Origin: Myxococcales bacterium
Lineage (GTDB): Bacteria > Myxococcota > Myxococcia > Myxococcales > 40CM-4-68-19
Direction of reading: 5' to 3'
NCBI GenBank assembly: GCA_036393595.1
Contig: DASWGQ010000373.1
Coordinates: forward strand, 1 to 38,582
DNA length: 38,582 bases
Shown here one piece after another: positions 23,487 through 31,817 of the stretch. A model generated the notes under the pieces. That model was not told where the DNA came from. It saw nothing but the letters and a program-made list of their open reading frames with translations, and searched no databases. The position numbers were made by a program, and so were the translations under genes. Position 1 is the stretch's first letter. Each line of letters starts with the position of its first letter.

Positions 23487-24455
23487 ATGGCCGCCACCTC
23501 GCCAAAGGCGCGCTCCGGGCGCGGCACACGCCCCCCGGCGCAGGACCGCCGCGCGCGCGCGGAGCGGCTGCTCTCGCTCTTCGCCTGGCACCGCGACGCG
23601 CCCCTGGTCGCGCGCTCGCTCGGGCTCTCGCTCGACGAGCTGTACGCCGAGCTCGACGAGCTGAAGCTGCGGCGCAAGGCATACCGGCTGACGCGCGGCA
23701 GCGAGTTCGACCTGCCCGTCGCACGGGCGGTGCCCGGCGTGCCCAGCGGGCCGCCGGTGCGCCGGCGCGCGCGCTCCGCGAGAGCGGAATCCGCTCCGGC
23801 GGTCGAGAGCGAAGCGACGCCGGCGCCCGCGCAGGGGGATCCGGATGCTGCGCCGGCCGCGCGCGGCGCCGCCCCTCCAGGGCCGGCGGCCCGCGGCAGC
23901 GCGGTTCCGGACCAGGCGGCGGAGCTCCTGGCGGTGCTCGCGAAGGTGGGACCGCGCCGCGGTGCGCTCGCCGCTCGGCTCGGCGCTCCCGGGCACCCGC
24001 TGCCCGAGCGCGTGCTGCTCGCCAGGTTCCGCGCGGCCGGCCTGGAGCGCGAGCTGGGCCAGCGGGAGCGCGACCTCTTGCGCGGCCTGTTCGCCCGCCA
24101 CCGGGGCGCGGCCCGCGCCGTTGCCGCCGAGCTGGAGCTCGAGCCGCAGGCATTGCAGCGGCTCGTCCGGGACCGCGGGCTGGCCGGCGAGATCGAGTCC
24201 CTGCGCGACCGCTTCCGGACCGAGGCGCGGGCCCGCCGCTGGCCGCGCGAGCAGATCGAGCAGCTGGTCCGCCGCCGCGCGTGGCTCGAGGACCTGGGCA
24301 TCGCCGCCGAGCTGGAAGGCGAGGTGCTCTCCCGCGCGCGCCCGGCGTGGGAGCGCTCGGGCGGGTCGGTGGCGCGGCTCCGGCGCGAGCTGCGCCTCTC
24401 GGAGTCCGACGCTCGGGCGCTGGAAGCGTTGCTCGCCCGCCAGTCGCCGCCGTAG
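23487..24455 (+). CDS. Arg/Ala-rich hypothetical protein with three Fis-type HTH-like segments
   Basis: 322 aa from the internal ATG, with consistently high GC3. Three segments resemble Fis/NtrC-type HTH modules: PLVARSLGLSLDELYAELDELKL, GAARAVAAELELEPQALQRLVRDRGL and GSVARLRRELRLSESDARALEALL. No family assignment. Confidence 0.6.
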   Translation: MAATSPKARSGRGTRPPAQDRRARAERLLSLFAWHRDAPLVARSLGLSLDELYAELDELKLRRKAYRLTRGSEFDLPVARAVPGVPSGPPVRRRARSARAESAPAVESEATPAPAQGDPDAAPAARGAAPPGPAARGSAVPDQAAELLAVLAKVGPRRGALAARLGAPGHPLPERVLLARFRAAGLERELGQRERDLLRGLFARHRGAARAVAAELELEPQALQRLVRDRGLAGEIESLRDRFRTEARARRWPREQIEQLVRRRAWLEDLGIAAELEGEVLSRARPAWERSGGSVARLRRELRLSESDARALEALLARQSPP

Positions 24456-24528
24456 TCGGCGGCGCTGCGCTTTTCCCAGCGCGGACTCATCGGCACGCTG
24501 CGGGCGCCGCGTGTTACATTTCCCCTCG

Positions 24529-24822
24529 ATGCCGATCTACGAATTCGTCTGCGAGTCTTGCGGCCGCATCGTCGAGCGCCTGCAGAAGGTGAGCGACCCT
24601 CCTCCCGAGGAGTGCCCGGAGTGCGGCGGGAAGATGGCGAAGATCATGAGCCGCAATTCGTTCCAGCTGAAGGGCGGCGGCTGGTACCGCGACCTCTACA
24701 GCTCGAGCGGCTCGGCCAAGCCCTCCGGCGCCGACGGCAAGCCCGAGCCCAAGGAGACGAAGACCGAGACCGCGGCCCCCGCCGCGACTCCCGCCAGCAC
24801 CGCTCCCACCAAGAAGGACTGA
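24529..24822 (+). CDS. FmdB-family zinc-ribbon protein (CxxC...CxxC)
   Basis: MPIYEFVCESCGRIVERLQKVSDPPPEECPECGG...FQLKGGGWY is the canonical FmdB/CxxC_CxxC_SSSS N-terminus, followed by a low-complexity tail. Confidence 0.85.
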   Translation: MPIYEFVCESCGRIVERLQKVSDPPPEECPECGGKMAKIMSRNSFQLKGGGWYRDLYSSSGSAKPSGADGKPEPKETKTETAAPAATPASTAPTKKD

Positions 24823-24827
24823 AGCGG

Positions 24828-25076
24828 CTACGTGGATGCGGGAGGGTTCTCGCCGCCGGGGGGCCCGGCGGCAGGGGCGGGCACGGCCGCCGCCGGCGGG
24901 GGCGGCGCGGGAGGCGGCGGCGCGGGGGCGGCCGCGGCCTTGCGCGCGGGAGCCTTCTTGACGGGCGCTGCGGCCCCCTGCGCTTTCGCGTCCGCCTTGC
25001 GCCGCTTCATGCGCTGGTTGTGCTGCTTGCGCCGGCGCATGATCAGCCGGATGTGCTTGCTCTTCGATCGGGCCAT
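24828..25076 (-). CDS. Small, highly basic protein with a Pro/Ala-rich tail (unknown function)
   Basis: 82 aa: MARSKSKHIRLIMRRRKQHNQRMKRRKADAKAQG... then AAPAPPPPAPPPPAAAVPAPAAGPP. GGGAGA SD 4 nt upstream of the ATG. GC3 is very high in this frame, unlike the overlapping + strand ORF. Confidence 0.55.
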   Translation of the reverse strand: MARSKSKHIRLIMRRRKQHNQRMKRRKADAKAQGAAAPVKKAPARKAAAAPAPPPPAPPPPAAAVPAPAAGPPGGENPPAST

Positions 25077-25089
25077 TCGTTCTCCCAGC

Positions 25090-25118
25090 CGCCGCCGATG
25101 GGGCGGCGCTGTTTTTTT
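25090..25118 (+). terminator. Intrinsic-terminator-like hairpin on the + strand (7-bp GC stem, T7 run)
   Basis: CGCCGCC-gatgg-GGCGGCG-ctg-TTTTTTT. It lies 14 nt upstream of the minus-strand small basic gene and 268 nt downstream of the + strand fmdB stop. It would therefore stop transcripts running antisense to the small gene. Confidence 0.4.
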
Positions 25119-25177
25119 CGCAGAGGTTCCGGGCACGCTTTGTAGCGGCATGCGGTCCGGGGACGCAACCACGTAAA

Positions 25178-26485
25178 TCACTCTTCGCGGCGCGGCGGCT
25201 GCAGCGGCACCGCCATGCCTTCCGCGCCTCGCACGGCGCTGGGCGGCGCCTCGGCCACGGTCGGTGGATCGGCGGGCTCGTGCACCGGCCCGGGCGGCGC
25301 CGCGGCGGGCGGTGGCGGCTTCGACGGCGCCGGCTTCTCGCGCGGCTTGAGGCGCCACCGCTCGAGCAGCTCCTTGGTCTGCGCAAGCGGCAGGGCGGGA
25401 ACGAAGTTCCCGTTCGCGCCGTCCATCTCGCGCGCCATGCACAGGGAGTTGAGGATGGCCTCTTCGGTCGCCTCGATCGCCGCCTCGTACACGGGGTTCA
25501 GGCGCTGATCGAGCAGCACCTTCATGTGGTAGATCATCTTGCTCGTCGTGCGCGGGATCTCGTTGGCCGTCGAGAACGCCAGGATGATCTCGCCCGAGCC
25601 GTGCGCGGCGATGCTGCCCGCGCGCCCGATCCCCAGCGCCACCCGCTTCGAGACACGCCCCAGCTGGTGGGAGTTGAGCGGCGCGTCGGTGGCCAGCACC
25701 GCGATGATGCTGCCGGCGCTGGTTTCGCGCTTGGGGATCTCGCGATAGCGCTCCTCGAGCACGGGCCCGACGGGGAACCCCGCGATGCGCAGGTCGCGCA
25801 TGTGCCCGAAATTGCTCATCACCAGGACGCCGACGGTGTAGCCGCCCAGCGCCGGAGGGAGCTTGCGGCTCGAGGTGCCGATGCCGGCCTTGAAGTCGCA
25901 GCAGATCATCCCGGTGCCGCCGCCGACCGATCCTTCGGCGACCGGTCCCGACCCCGCGGTGTGCAGCGCCTCGAGGACGTTGTCCGCCAGCACGTGGCGG
26001 CCGGCGACGTCGTTGAGCCAGGAATCGTCGCACTCCCCGACCAGCGGGATGAGCACGTCGTGCTCGCCGCCGATCCCGGGGAACTGGTCGACCATCCACT
26101 GCACGGCGGCGTCGCTCACCTGGCCCACGCTGAGCGTGTTGGTGAGGAAGATGGGCGTCTCCACCAGCCCCCACTCGATGAGCTGCGTCATGCCGCTCAC
26201 CTCGCCCGCGCCGTTCAAGACGAACCCGCCGCCGATGAGCCGCTGCTCGAACACGTTCTGCTCGTTGGGGAGGATGGCGGTCACGCCCGTGCGCACCGGC
26301 CCCTTCCCGCGCCGCAGCGGACCCGCCCCGCGAATGATCGTGGAATGGCCGACCAGGACGCCTTCCACGTCGGTGATGGCGTTCCACTTCCCTGGCCGGA
26401 AGCGACCCAGGGGGACGCCGAGCTCCCGGGCGCGGTAACGCTGCTCGGGCCGGGGTAGGGAAGTGTGGTCCTGCGGCGTCTTCAC
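25178..26485 (-). CDS. P1-family (formerly S58) DmpA/BapA-type aminopeptidase with a Pro-rich C-terminal tail
   Basis: GTG start. ELGVPLGRFRPGKWNAITDVEGVLVGHSTI, VGGGTGMICCDFKAGIGTSS and IIAVLATDAPL...RVALGIGRAGSIAAHGSGEIILAFST are typical of the Ntn-hydrolase DmpA family. Confidence 0.85.
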   Translation of the reverse strand: MKTPQDHTSLPRPEQRYRARELGVPLGRFRPGKWNAITDVEGVLVGHSTIIRGAGPLRRGKGPVRTGVTAILPNEQNVFEQRLIGGGFVLNGAGEVSGMTQLIEWGLVETPIFLTNTLSVGQVSDAAVQWMVDQFPGIGGEHDVLIPLVGECDDSWLNDVAGRHVLADNVLEALHTAGSGPVAEGSVGGGTGMICCDFKAGIGTSSRKLPPALGGYTVGVLVMSNFGHMRDLRIAGFPVGPVLEERYREIPKRETSAGSIIAVLATDAPLNSHQLGRVSKRVALGIGRAGSIAAHGSGEIILAFSTANEIPRTTSKMIYHMKVLLDQRLNPVYEAAIEATEEAILNSLCMAREMDGANGNFVPALPLAQTKELLERWRLKPREKPAPSKPPPPAAAPPGPVHEPADPPTVAEAPPSAVRGAEGMAVPLQPPRREE

Positions 26486-26591
26486 GCTCTAGGAGTACCC
26501 GACCTTCCAGAGGGGCGCTACCTCTGGGCCGGCCCCGTCAACTCGTCCCGTGGCCGGACGCAGCGCGTTAGACCACGGTGCGGGGCGGGCG

Positions 26592-28766
26592 CTAGCTCTG
26601 CAGCTGCGCGGGCGAGCCTGGCTCGGCCTCCGCCCGCGACCCGTTGCCGTTCGGCGGCGCCGGGGTGGCGACCGGGGGAGGCACGCTCTGCGCCACCACC
26701 GCGGGGCCACCCACCACGATGCGCGCGGACTCGCGGCGCTCGCGCTCGCGCTCCTTGTACCGGCGGATGGCGCCGGAGAGGATCTCCGCGATCAGCGCGT
26801 GGTACTCGATGCCCGCCGCCTTGGCGATGAGCACCAGGTCGCTCCAGCCCGGCGTGAGCCCCGGGAGCGGGTTGCACTCGAGGAAGTACACCTTCCCCTG
26901 CTCGTCCATGCGGAAGTCGACGCGCGCCACGTCGCGGCAGCCGAGCGCGATGAAGCACTCGCGCGCCGCCCGTTCCAGCGCGCGGAGCTGCGCGGGCGGA
27001 AGTCGGGCCGGCACGTCGTAGCGGATCTTGCTCGACCAGTCCTGCTTGTATTCGAACGAGTAGACCGGGTGCTTCTCGGCTGCCAGGAAGACGACCTCCA
27101 TCGGCGGCAGCACCTTGGGCCGGCGCTCGCCGAGAAGCCCGACGGTGAACTCCCGGCCGGCGACGTAGCCCTCGACCAGCGCCGGCTGGTCGTACTTGGC
27201 GATCATCTCGCGGGCGGCTTCGCGCAGCTCGGCCTCGGTCTCCACCACGCTCGTGTGGTGCACGCCCTTCGAGGACCCCTCCGCGACCGGCTTGACGATC
27301 AGCGGGAACTTCATCAGCTCGCGGGGCAGGCGCTCCTTCCCCGTCTGCAAGGTGACGAAGTTCGGCGTGAGGATGCCGTGCTGGCGCACGATGCGCTTGG
27401 CGAGCGCCTTGTCGAGCGCGATGGAGAGCGCGGCGGGGTCCGATCCCGAGTACGGGATGTCGAGGAGCTCGAGCAGCGCCGGCACCACCGCTTCGCGGTT
27501 CCGGCCCTTGATGCCTTCCGCCATGTTGAAGACCACGTCGACCGGCGTGGCGGCGAGCACGTTGGGCAGCTCGCTCGTCGCCTCCAGGTCGATGACCTCG
27601 TGCCCGGCGGCCCCGATCGCCTCGCGCACCGCCTGGATGGTCGAGGGGGCATCGTACTCGGCCTCGTCGTCCTTGCGCCCGTCGATCTCGGGCTTGATGC
27701 GCTTCACGTTGAAGGTGAAGCCCACCCGCAGCGGGCCGGTCTTGCGCAGCGGCCGCCCCTGCCGCCGCCGCGGATCGTTGATGCCCCAGCGCGCGACCGC
27801 GCTCTCGATCACCTTCCCGAGGACGCCGTCGGTGTGCAGCCCCTCCAGCGCCGCCGCCGCGTAGATGCCCGCGCCGGGCTCCAGGCTGGGCAGCGCGTTG
27901 ATCTCGATGAAGTAGACCTGCCCATCCTCCGCCACGCGGAAGTCGATGCGGCCCAGGTCCCGGCACCCCAGCGCCTTGTACGCCTTGCGCGCCATGTCCT
28001 GCGCGCGCTCCAGCACGTGCCCGGGGAACTGCGCCGGGCAGCGCACGCTCACCGCGTCGAAGTGGACCGACTTCAGGTCGTAGTCGTAGATGCGATACCT
28101 TCGCTTGGAGAGCTCGGCCTCGTCGATGACGTACTCGACCGGCGTGAGCACGCCCGCGCGCTCCGGCGCGGCCTTCTCCAAGAAAGCGACGGTCAGGTCC
28201 TTGCCGGGGATGAGCTCCTCGACCAGCACGCCGGCGGGAAAGCGCCCGAGCTGCTTCTCGACGAACGCGCGGAGCCGCGAGCGCTCCTCGATCACCGACT
28301 CCTGGGTGATGCCCTTCGACGAGCCTTCGAAGTTCGGCTTCACGATCACCGGCCAGCGCCAGCCGTCCAGCCTGAGCTGCCCGATCTCCTCGATGAACTG
28401 ACCGCGCGGCGAGATCACGCCGTGCTCCCCGAGCATGAGCTTGGTGAGTGCCTTGTCGAGGCTCACCGCCAGGACCCAGGCGTCCGACCCCGTGTACGGG
28501 AAGCCCAGCTCGTCGAAGAGCGCGGGATAGAACGCCTCGCGGAACCGCCCCCGGCGGCCCTCGGCGGTGTTGAAGATGAGGTCGGGCGCGAACGCCTCGA
28601 GGCGCGCGGCGGTGCGGCTGGCCGGCCCGCTCACCTCGATGCGCTCGACGCGGTGGCCGAGCCGCTCCAGGGCAGAGGTGAGCGCGTCGATGGTCTCGCG
28701 CGAATCGAACTCGGCTTCTTCCTCGGTATCCGTGAGGCGCAGGTTGTGCGTCAAGGCGATGCGCAT
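26592..28766 (-). CDS. Internally duplicated D-Ala-D-Ala-ligase-like ATP-grasp protein (two complete Ddl-like modules in one chain)
   Basis: Module 1: MRIALTHNL...EAEFDSRETIDALTSALERLGHRV...FPYTGSD...VIVKPNFEGSSKGI...IDFRVAEDGQVYFIEINALPSL. Module 2, from about residue 350: LRVGFTFNVK...EAEYDAPSTIQAVREAIGAAGHEV...IPYSGSD...LIVKPVAEGSSKGV...VDFRMDEQGKVYFLECNPLPGL. Confidence 0.85.
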   Translation of the reverse strand: MRIALTHNLRLTDTEEEAEFDSRETIDALTSALERLGHRVERIEVSGPASRTAARLEAFAPDLIFNTAEGRRGRFREAFYPALFDELGFPYTGSDAWVLAVSLDKALTKLMLGEHGVISPRGQFIEEIGQLRLDGWRWPVIVKPNFEGSSKGITQESVIEERSRLRAFVEKQLGRFPAGVLVEELIPGKDLTVAFLEKAAPERAGVLTPVEYVIDEAELSKRRYRIYDYDLKSVHFDAVSVRCPAQFPGHVLERAQDMARKAYKALGCRDLGRIDFRVAEDGQVYFIEINALPSLEPGAGIYAAAALEGLHTDGVLGKVIESAVARWGINDPRRRQGRPLRKTGPLRVGFTFNVKRIKPEIDGRKDDEAEYDAPSTIQAVREAIGAAGHEVIDLEATSELPNVLAATPVDVVFNMAEGIKGRNREAVVPALLELLDIPYSGSDPAALSIALDKALAKRIVRQHGILTPNFVTLQTGKERLPRELMKFPLIVKPVAEGSSKGVHHTSVVETEAELREAAREMIAKYDQPALVEGYVAGREFTVGLLGERRPKVLPPMEVVFLAAEKHPVYSFEYKQDWSSKIRYDVPARLPPAQLRALERAARECFIALGCRDVARVDFRMDEQGKVYFLECNPLPGLTPGWSDLVLIAKAAGIEYHALIAEILSGAIRRYKERERERRESARIVVGGPAVVAQSVPPPVATPAPPNGNGSRAEAEPGSPAQLQS

Positions 28767-29368
28767 GCTTCCTCGGGTGGCCCTGCGTTCGCGCGGAGCA
28801 CGGCCTGGGCCGGAGGCGGCTCCTTAACGAGCTTCCCGCGCGCGGCGCGCGAGGCGGCGAGCCCCGCGGGGGCGCGGGCCGCGTTCTGCGCCACAAGCTC
28901 CTTGAGCCCGAGCGCGATGGACGCGTCGATCACCTGGGTGCCGGCGATCAGGTCGCCGATGCGCCGCGCGCCCAGATCGCGCGTCAGCGGCTGCAGCGCG
29001 ACGCCCGTCTCGACGGCGAGCAGCACGCCGAGGACCGCCAGCGTGACGGCCACCGGGTGCGGAGCGCCGAAGAGGGCCGGCAGCAGCGCTACCGCGAAGA
29101 CCGCGTTGCGGCGCAGGCAGGCGGCGATGCCGGCCGGACGCCGGGTCGCGAGCTGCACCACCCGCAGCCCGGCGGCGCGCTTGCCGAGCGAGCGTCCGGT
29201 CCCGAACAGGGCGTCCGCGCAGAGGATGAGCGCCAGCGAGAGCAGCTCGCCGGCCCGCGCGTGCTCGCGCATCAACAAGATTGGGGCGAGCGCCACGGCG
29301 AGGTCCAGCGCCCGCGCCACGGCGCGGCGCCGGACGTCGGCGGGCGGGTAACTCGAGGGGTCAGCCAT
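28751..29368 (-). CDS. RDD-family membrane protein
   Basis: 205 aa from ATG 29368, which shares one nucleotide with the hemB stop (TGATG). It has hydrophobic helices and an R..D pattern (RRAVARALDLAV...). Its 3' end overlaps the ATP-grasp start by 16 nt. Confidence 0.65.
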   Translation of the reverse strand: MADPSSYPPADVRRRAVARALDLAVALAPILLMREHARAGELLSLALILCADALFGTGRSLGKRAAGLRVVQLATRRPAGIAACLRRNAVFAVALLPALFGAPHPVAVTLAVLGVLLAVETGVALQPLTRDLGARRIGDLIAGTQVIDASIALGLKELVAQNAARAPAGLAASRAARGKLVKEPPPAQAVLRANAGPPEEACASP

Positions 29369-30363
29369 CAAGCGAGATCCGACAGAGACCGCGCGGCGTC
29401 GACGGCGCTGTAGGTGAGGATCAGGTCCGCTCCCGCGCGCTTGATGCCGGTGAGGATCTCCAAGAGCGCACGCCGCTCGTCGATCCAGCCGTTCCCGGCG
29501 GCCGCCTTGAGCATGGCGTACTCGCCGCTGACGTTGTACGCGGCGAGCGGAAGGTCGGAGAGCCGCCTCACCTCCGCGATGACGTCCAGGTAGGGCAGCG
29601 CGGGCTTGACCATCAGCATGTCCGCGCCTTCCTGGACGTCGAGGAGCGCCTCGCGCCGGGCCTCGCGCACGTTGGCGGGGTCCATCTGGTACCCGCGGCG
29701 GTCGCCCTCCTTGGGCGCGCTCTCCGCGGCCTCGCGGAACGGGCCGTAGAAGGCGCTGGCGTACTTCACCGCGTAGCTCAGGATGGCGGTCTCGGTGAGG
29801 CCGTGCTCGTCCAGCCCCTTGCGGATGGCCGCCACGCGCCCGTCCATCATGTCGCTGGGCGCGACCACGTCCGCGCCCGACTGCGCGTACGCCACCGCGG
29901 CCCGGGCCAGGAGCGGGAGCGTCTGGTCGTTGGACACGGCGACCTGCCCGCGCGCGTCGCGCGCCAGCGGGCCGCAGTGGCCGTGGTCGGTGTACTCGCA
30001 GAGGCAGACGTCGGCGATCGCCACCACGTCCGGCGCGGCGTCCTTGATGGCCCGGAAGGCGGTGCACACCGGACCGTTCGGATCCCAGGCGCCTGTCCCC
30101 TGTGCGTCCTTGTGGTCGGGGATGCCGAAGAGGATCACCGAGCGGACGCCGGCGGCGCGAGCGGCCTTGGTCTCCTCGACGATCAGGTCGACCGAGAGCT
30201 GCGCGACCCCGGGCATGGAGCCGATCGGCTTGCGCACCCCCCGGCCTCCGACGGCGAACAGCGGAAGGATGAGGTCCGACGGTTGGATGCGCGTCTCGCG
30301 CACCAGTGAGCGGAGCGCCGCGGTGCGGCGCAAGCGGCGGGGGCGGTCCGCGGGGAAACCCAT
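29368..30363 (-). CDS. hemB: Porphobilinogen synthase (delta-aminolevulinate dehydratase)
   Basis: [24 protein letters not shown]..., [41 protein letters not shown] and [10 protein letters not shown] are HemB signatures. ATG at 30363 is preferred over the track's TTG at 30411. Confidence 0.95.
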   Translation of the reverse strand: MGFPADRPRRLRRTAALRSLVRETRIQPSDLILPLFAVGGRGVRKPIGSMPGVAQLSVDLIVEETKAARAAGVRSVILFGIPDHKDAQGTGAWDPNGPVCTAFRAIKDAAPDVVAIADVCLCEYTDHGHCGPLARDARGQVAVSNDQTLPLLARAAVAYAQSGADVVAPSDMMDGRVAAIRKGLDEHGLTETAILSYAVKYASAFYGPFREAAESAPKEGDRRGYQMDPANVREARREALLDVQEGADMLMVKPALPYLDVIAEVRRLSDLPLAAYNVSGEYAMLKAAAGNGWIDERRALLEILTGIKRAGADLILTYSAVDAARSLSDLA

Positions 30364-30420
30364 TGCACGAACCGTAACGCCGTGGAGCCATGCAGCGCAA
30401 CGGCTCCCCAAGCCGGAAGA

Positions 30421-31212
30421 TCACATCTTGTAGCGCAGCCCGAAGGTCGCGGCGTGCTCGCGGGTCTCGACCAGCAGGGCGCGGTCGACGGTGCCGAGGA
30501 TGGTCGAGTTGGTGAAGGTCGCATGCCAGCGGGTCAGGTCGTAGCCGAACTCCATGGTGGCCGAGCGGCTCACGTCAATGGAGACCTGCACCCGGACGCG
30601 GACCTCGTCGGCGTCGGACAGGTCCCCCAGGTTGCTCTGCGCCAGGTAGGGATACGGCGTGATCGCCCCCTCCAGGTACCCGGACAGCGTGATGGTCGGG
30701 AAGACGCGGATCTCCAGCTCGATGTTCGAGTCCAGGCCGAACATGCCGATGGTCGGTGCGCCGGACCGCGACCGGCCCACCTCGTAGCGGGTGATGAGGC
30801 CCGCGCTGGCGATGAGGATGACGCCCGAGGTGATGCGCGTAGCGGCCCCCACCAGCACGCGCGCGGTCCAATCCAGACCGGTGGAACCGAGCCCCTGGTC
30901 CTCGGTCTCGAACCGGCCGCCTTCCACCTCGAACCGCCCGAAGTACGGCTTGTCCTGGCCGAGCCGCATCGTGTATCGCGCCAGGCCGCGCAGCGGCTGC
31001 AGCGAATCCGATCCGAACTTCGACGATCCGCTCCCCGAGTCCACGCGTACCGAGAGCAGCGCCGGCTTCCAGGCGATGAGCAAGCCCGTCGGTGTCGGGT
31101 CCGGCACTTCGATCGGAACGCCCTGCGTGTCCGGCGGCTTGTCGCGAGCCGCCGTCTCGGCGAAGGCAGGAGCGGCGCTGCTGAGGACGAGAACGGCCAG
31201 GATCGATCGCAC
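30421..31212 (-). CDS. Outer-membrane beta-barrel protein (hypothetical)
   Basis: GTG start at 31212 gives the signal peptide VRSILAVLVLSSAAPAFA|ET. The strand pattern is amphipathic throughout, and it ends ...AATFGLRYKM. The rest of track ORF 30421..32505 is out-of-frame read-through of nadD and DUF1343. Confidence 0.65.
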   Translation of the reverse strand: MRSILAVLVLSSAAPAFAETAARDKPPDTQGVPIEVPDPTPTGLLIAWKPALLSVRVDSGSGSSKFGSDSLQPLRGLARYTMRLGQDKPYFGRFEVEGGRFETEDQGLGSTGLDWTARVLVGAATRITSGVILIASAGLITRYEVGRSRSGAPTIGMFGLDSNIELEIRVFPTITLSGYLEGAITPYPYLAQSNLGDLSDADEVRVRVQVSIDVSRSATMEFGYDLTRWHATFTNSTILGTVDRALLVETREHAATFGLRYKM

Positions 31213-31229
31213 TCCGAGACCATACCCGT

Positions 31230-31805
31230 TCAGGCGGGCGCGGTCATGCCGTACGTCCCCGCTGCCTGGATGGCGCGCAGCACCGGACGTGGCACGAGGT
31301 GGGAGGCGTCGCCGCCCGAGGCGAGCAGCTTGCGCACCTCCGTCGAGGAGACCTCCGGCAGGACCGGCCCCGAGCCTGCGGGCACCGGGAAGCCGGCGCG
31401 CTCGAGCGGAATGATGCGCGCCAGCTGCTCGATCCGGTCGAACCGCTTCCACTGCGGCCGCTCCGCCGCGAGGTCCGAGCCGAGCACCAGCGCCCACTTG
31501 CGGTCGGGGTGCTTGCGGTGCAGGTGCTCGAGCAGGTCCACCGTTCGCCCTTCCCCGCCCAGCTCCGATTCCACCCGCGAGACCCGCGCGCGGTCGAGGC
31601 CCAGGTCCGCGACGGCCAGCTCGGTGAGCCCGGCGCGGTGCTCGAACGGCGCGTGGAGGGGCTTGCCCAGCGGGTGGCCGAAGACCGGCACGAACCACAG
31701 CTCGTCGACCGGCTCGGTCGCCAGCACGTACGCCGCGGCCAGCAGATGGCCGACGTGCGGCGGATCGAAGCTGCCGCCGAACAGGGCAATCTCCATGGCC
31801 GCCAA
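31230..31805 (-). CDS. nadD: Nicotinate-nucleotide adenylyltransferase
   Basis: IALFGGSFDPPHVGHL (the (H/T)xGH motif), ...VSSTEVRKLL. The TTG at 31805 has GAGG 5 nt upstream; ATG at 31796 is the alternative. Confidence 0.9.
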   Translation of the reverse strand: MAAMEIALFGGSFDPPHVGHLLAAAYVLATEPVDELWFVPVFGHPLGKPLHAPFEHRAGLTELAVADLGLDRARVSRVESELGGEGRTVDLLEHLHRKHPDRKWALVLGSDLAAERPQWKRFDRIEQLARIIPLERAGFPVPAGSGPVLPEVSSTEVRKLLASGGDASHLVPRPVLRAIQAAGTYGMTAPA

Positions 31806-31817
31806 GACTACCTCGAC

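Noticed and set aside
23438-24496. 352-aa minus-strand ORF opposite the HTH-like gene, plus 23419..24153 and 23469..24101
   Set aside because: They have Ser/Arg/Ala-rich artefact composition. The + frame has the better codon bias and a promoter-like sequence. Confidence in the + gene is still only moderate.
24832-25176. 114-aa + strand ORF opposite the small basic-protein gene
   Set aside because: It is poly-Gly/Ala/Arg with no SD and contains the terminator hairpin. The minus frame has the SD, the high GC3 and a coherent basic N-terminus.
26518-29351. 792-aa (-) and 933-aa (+) ORFs over the ATP-grasp gene
   Set aside because: The frame at 26592..28766 contains two complete Ddl-like modules. 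The competing ORFs are Arg/Gly-rich shadows.
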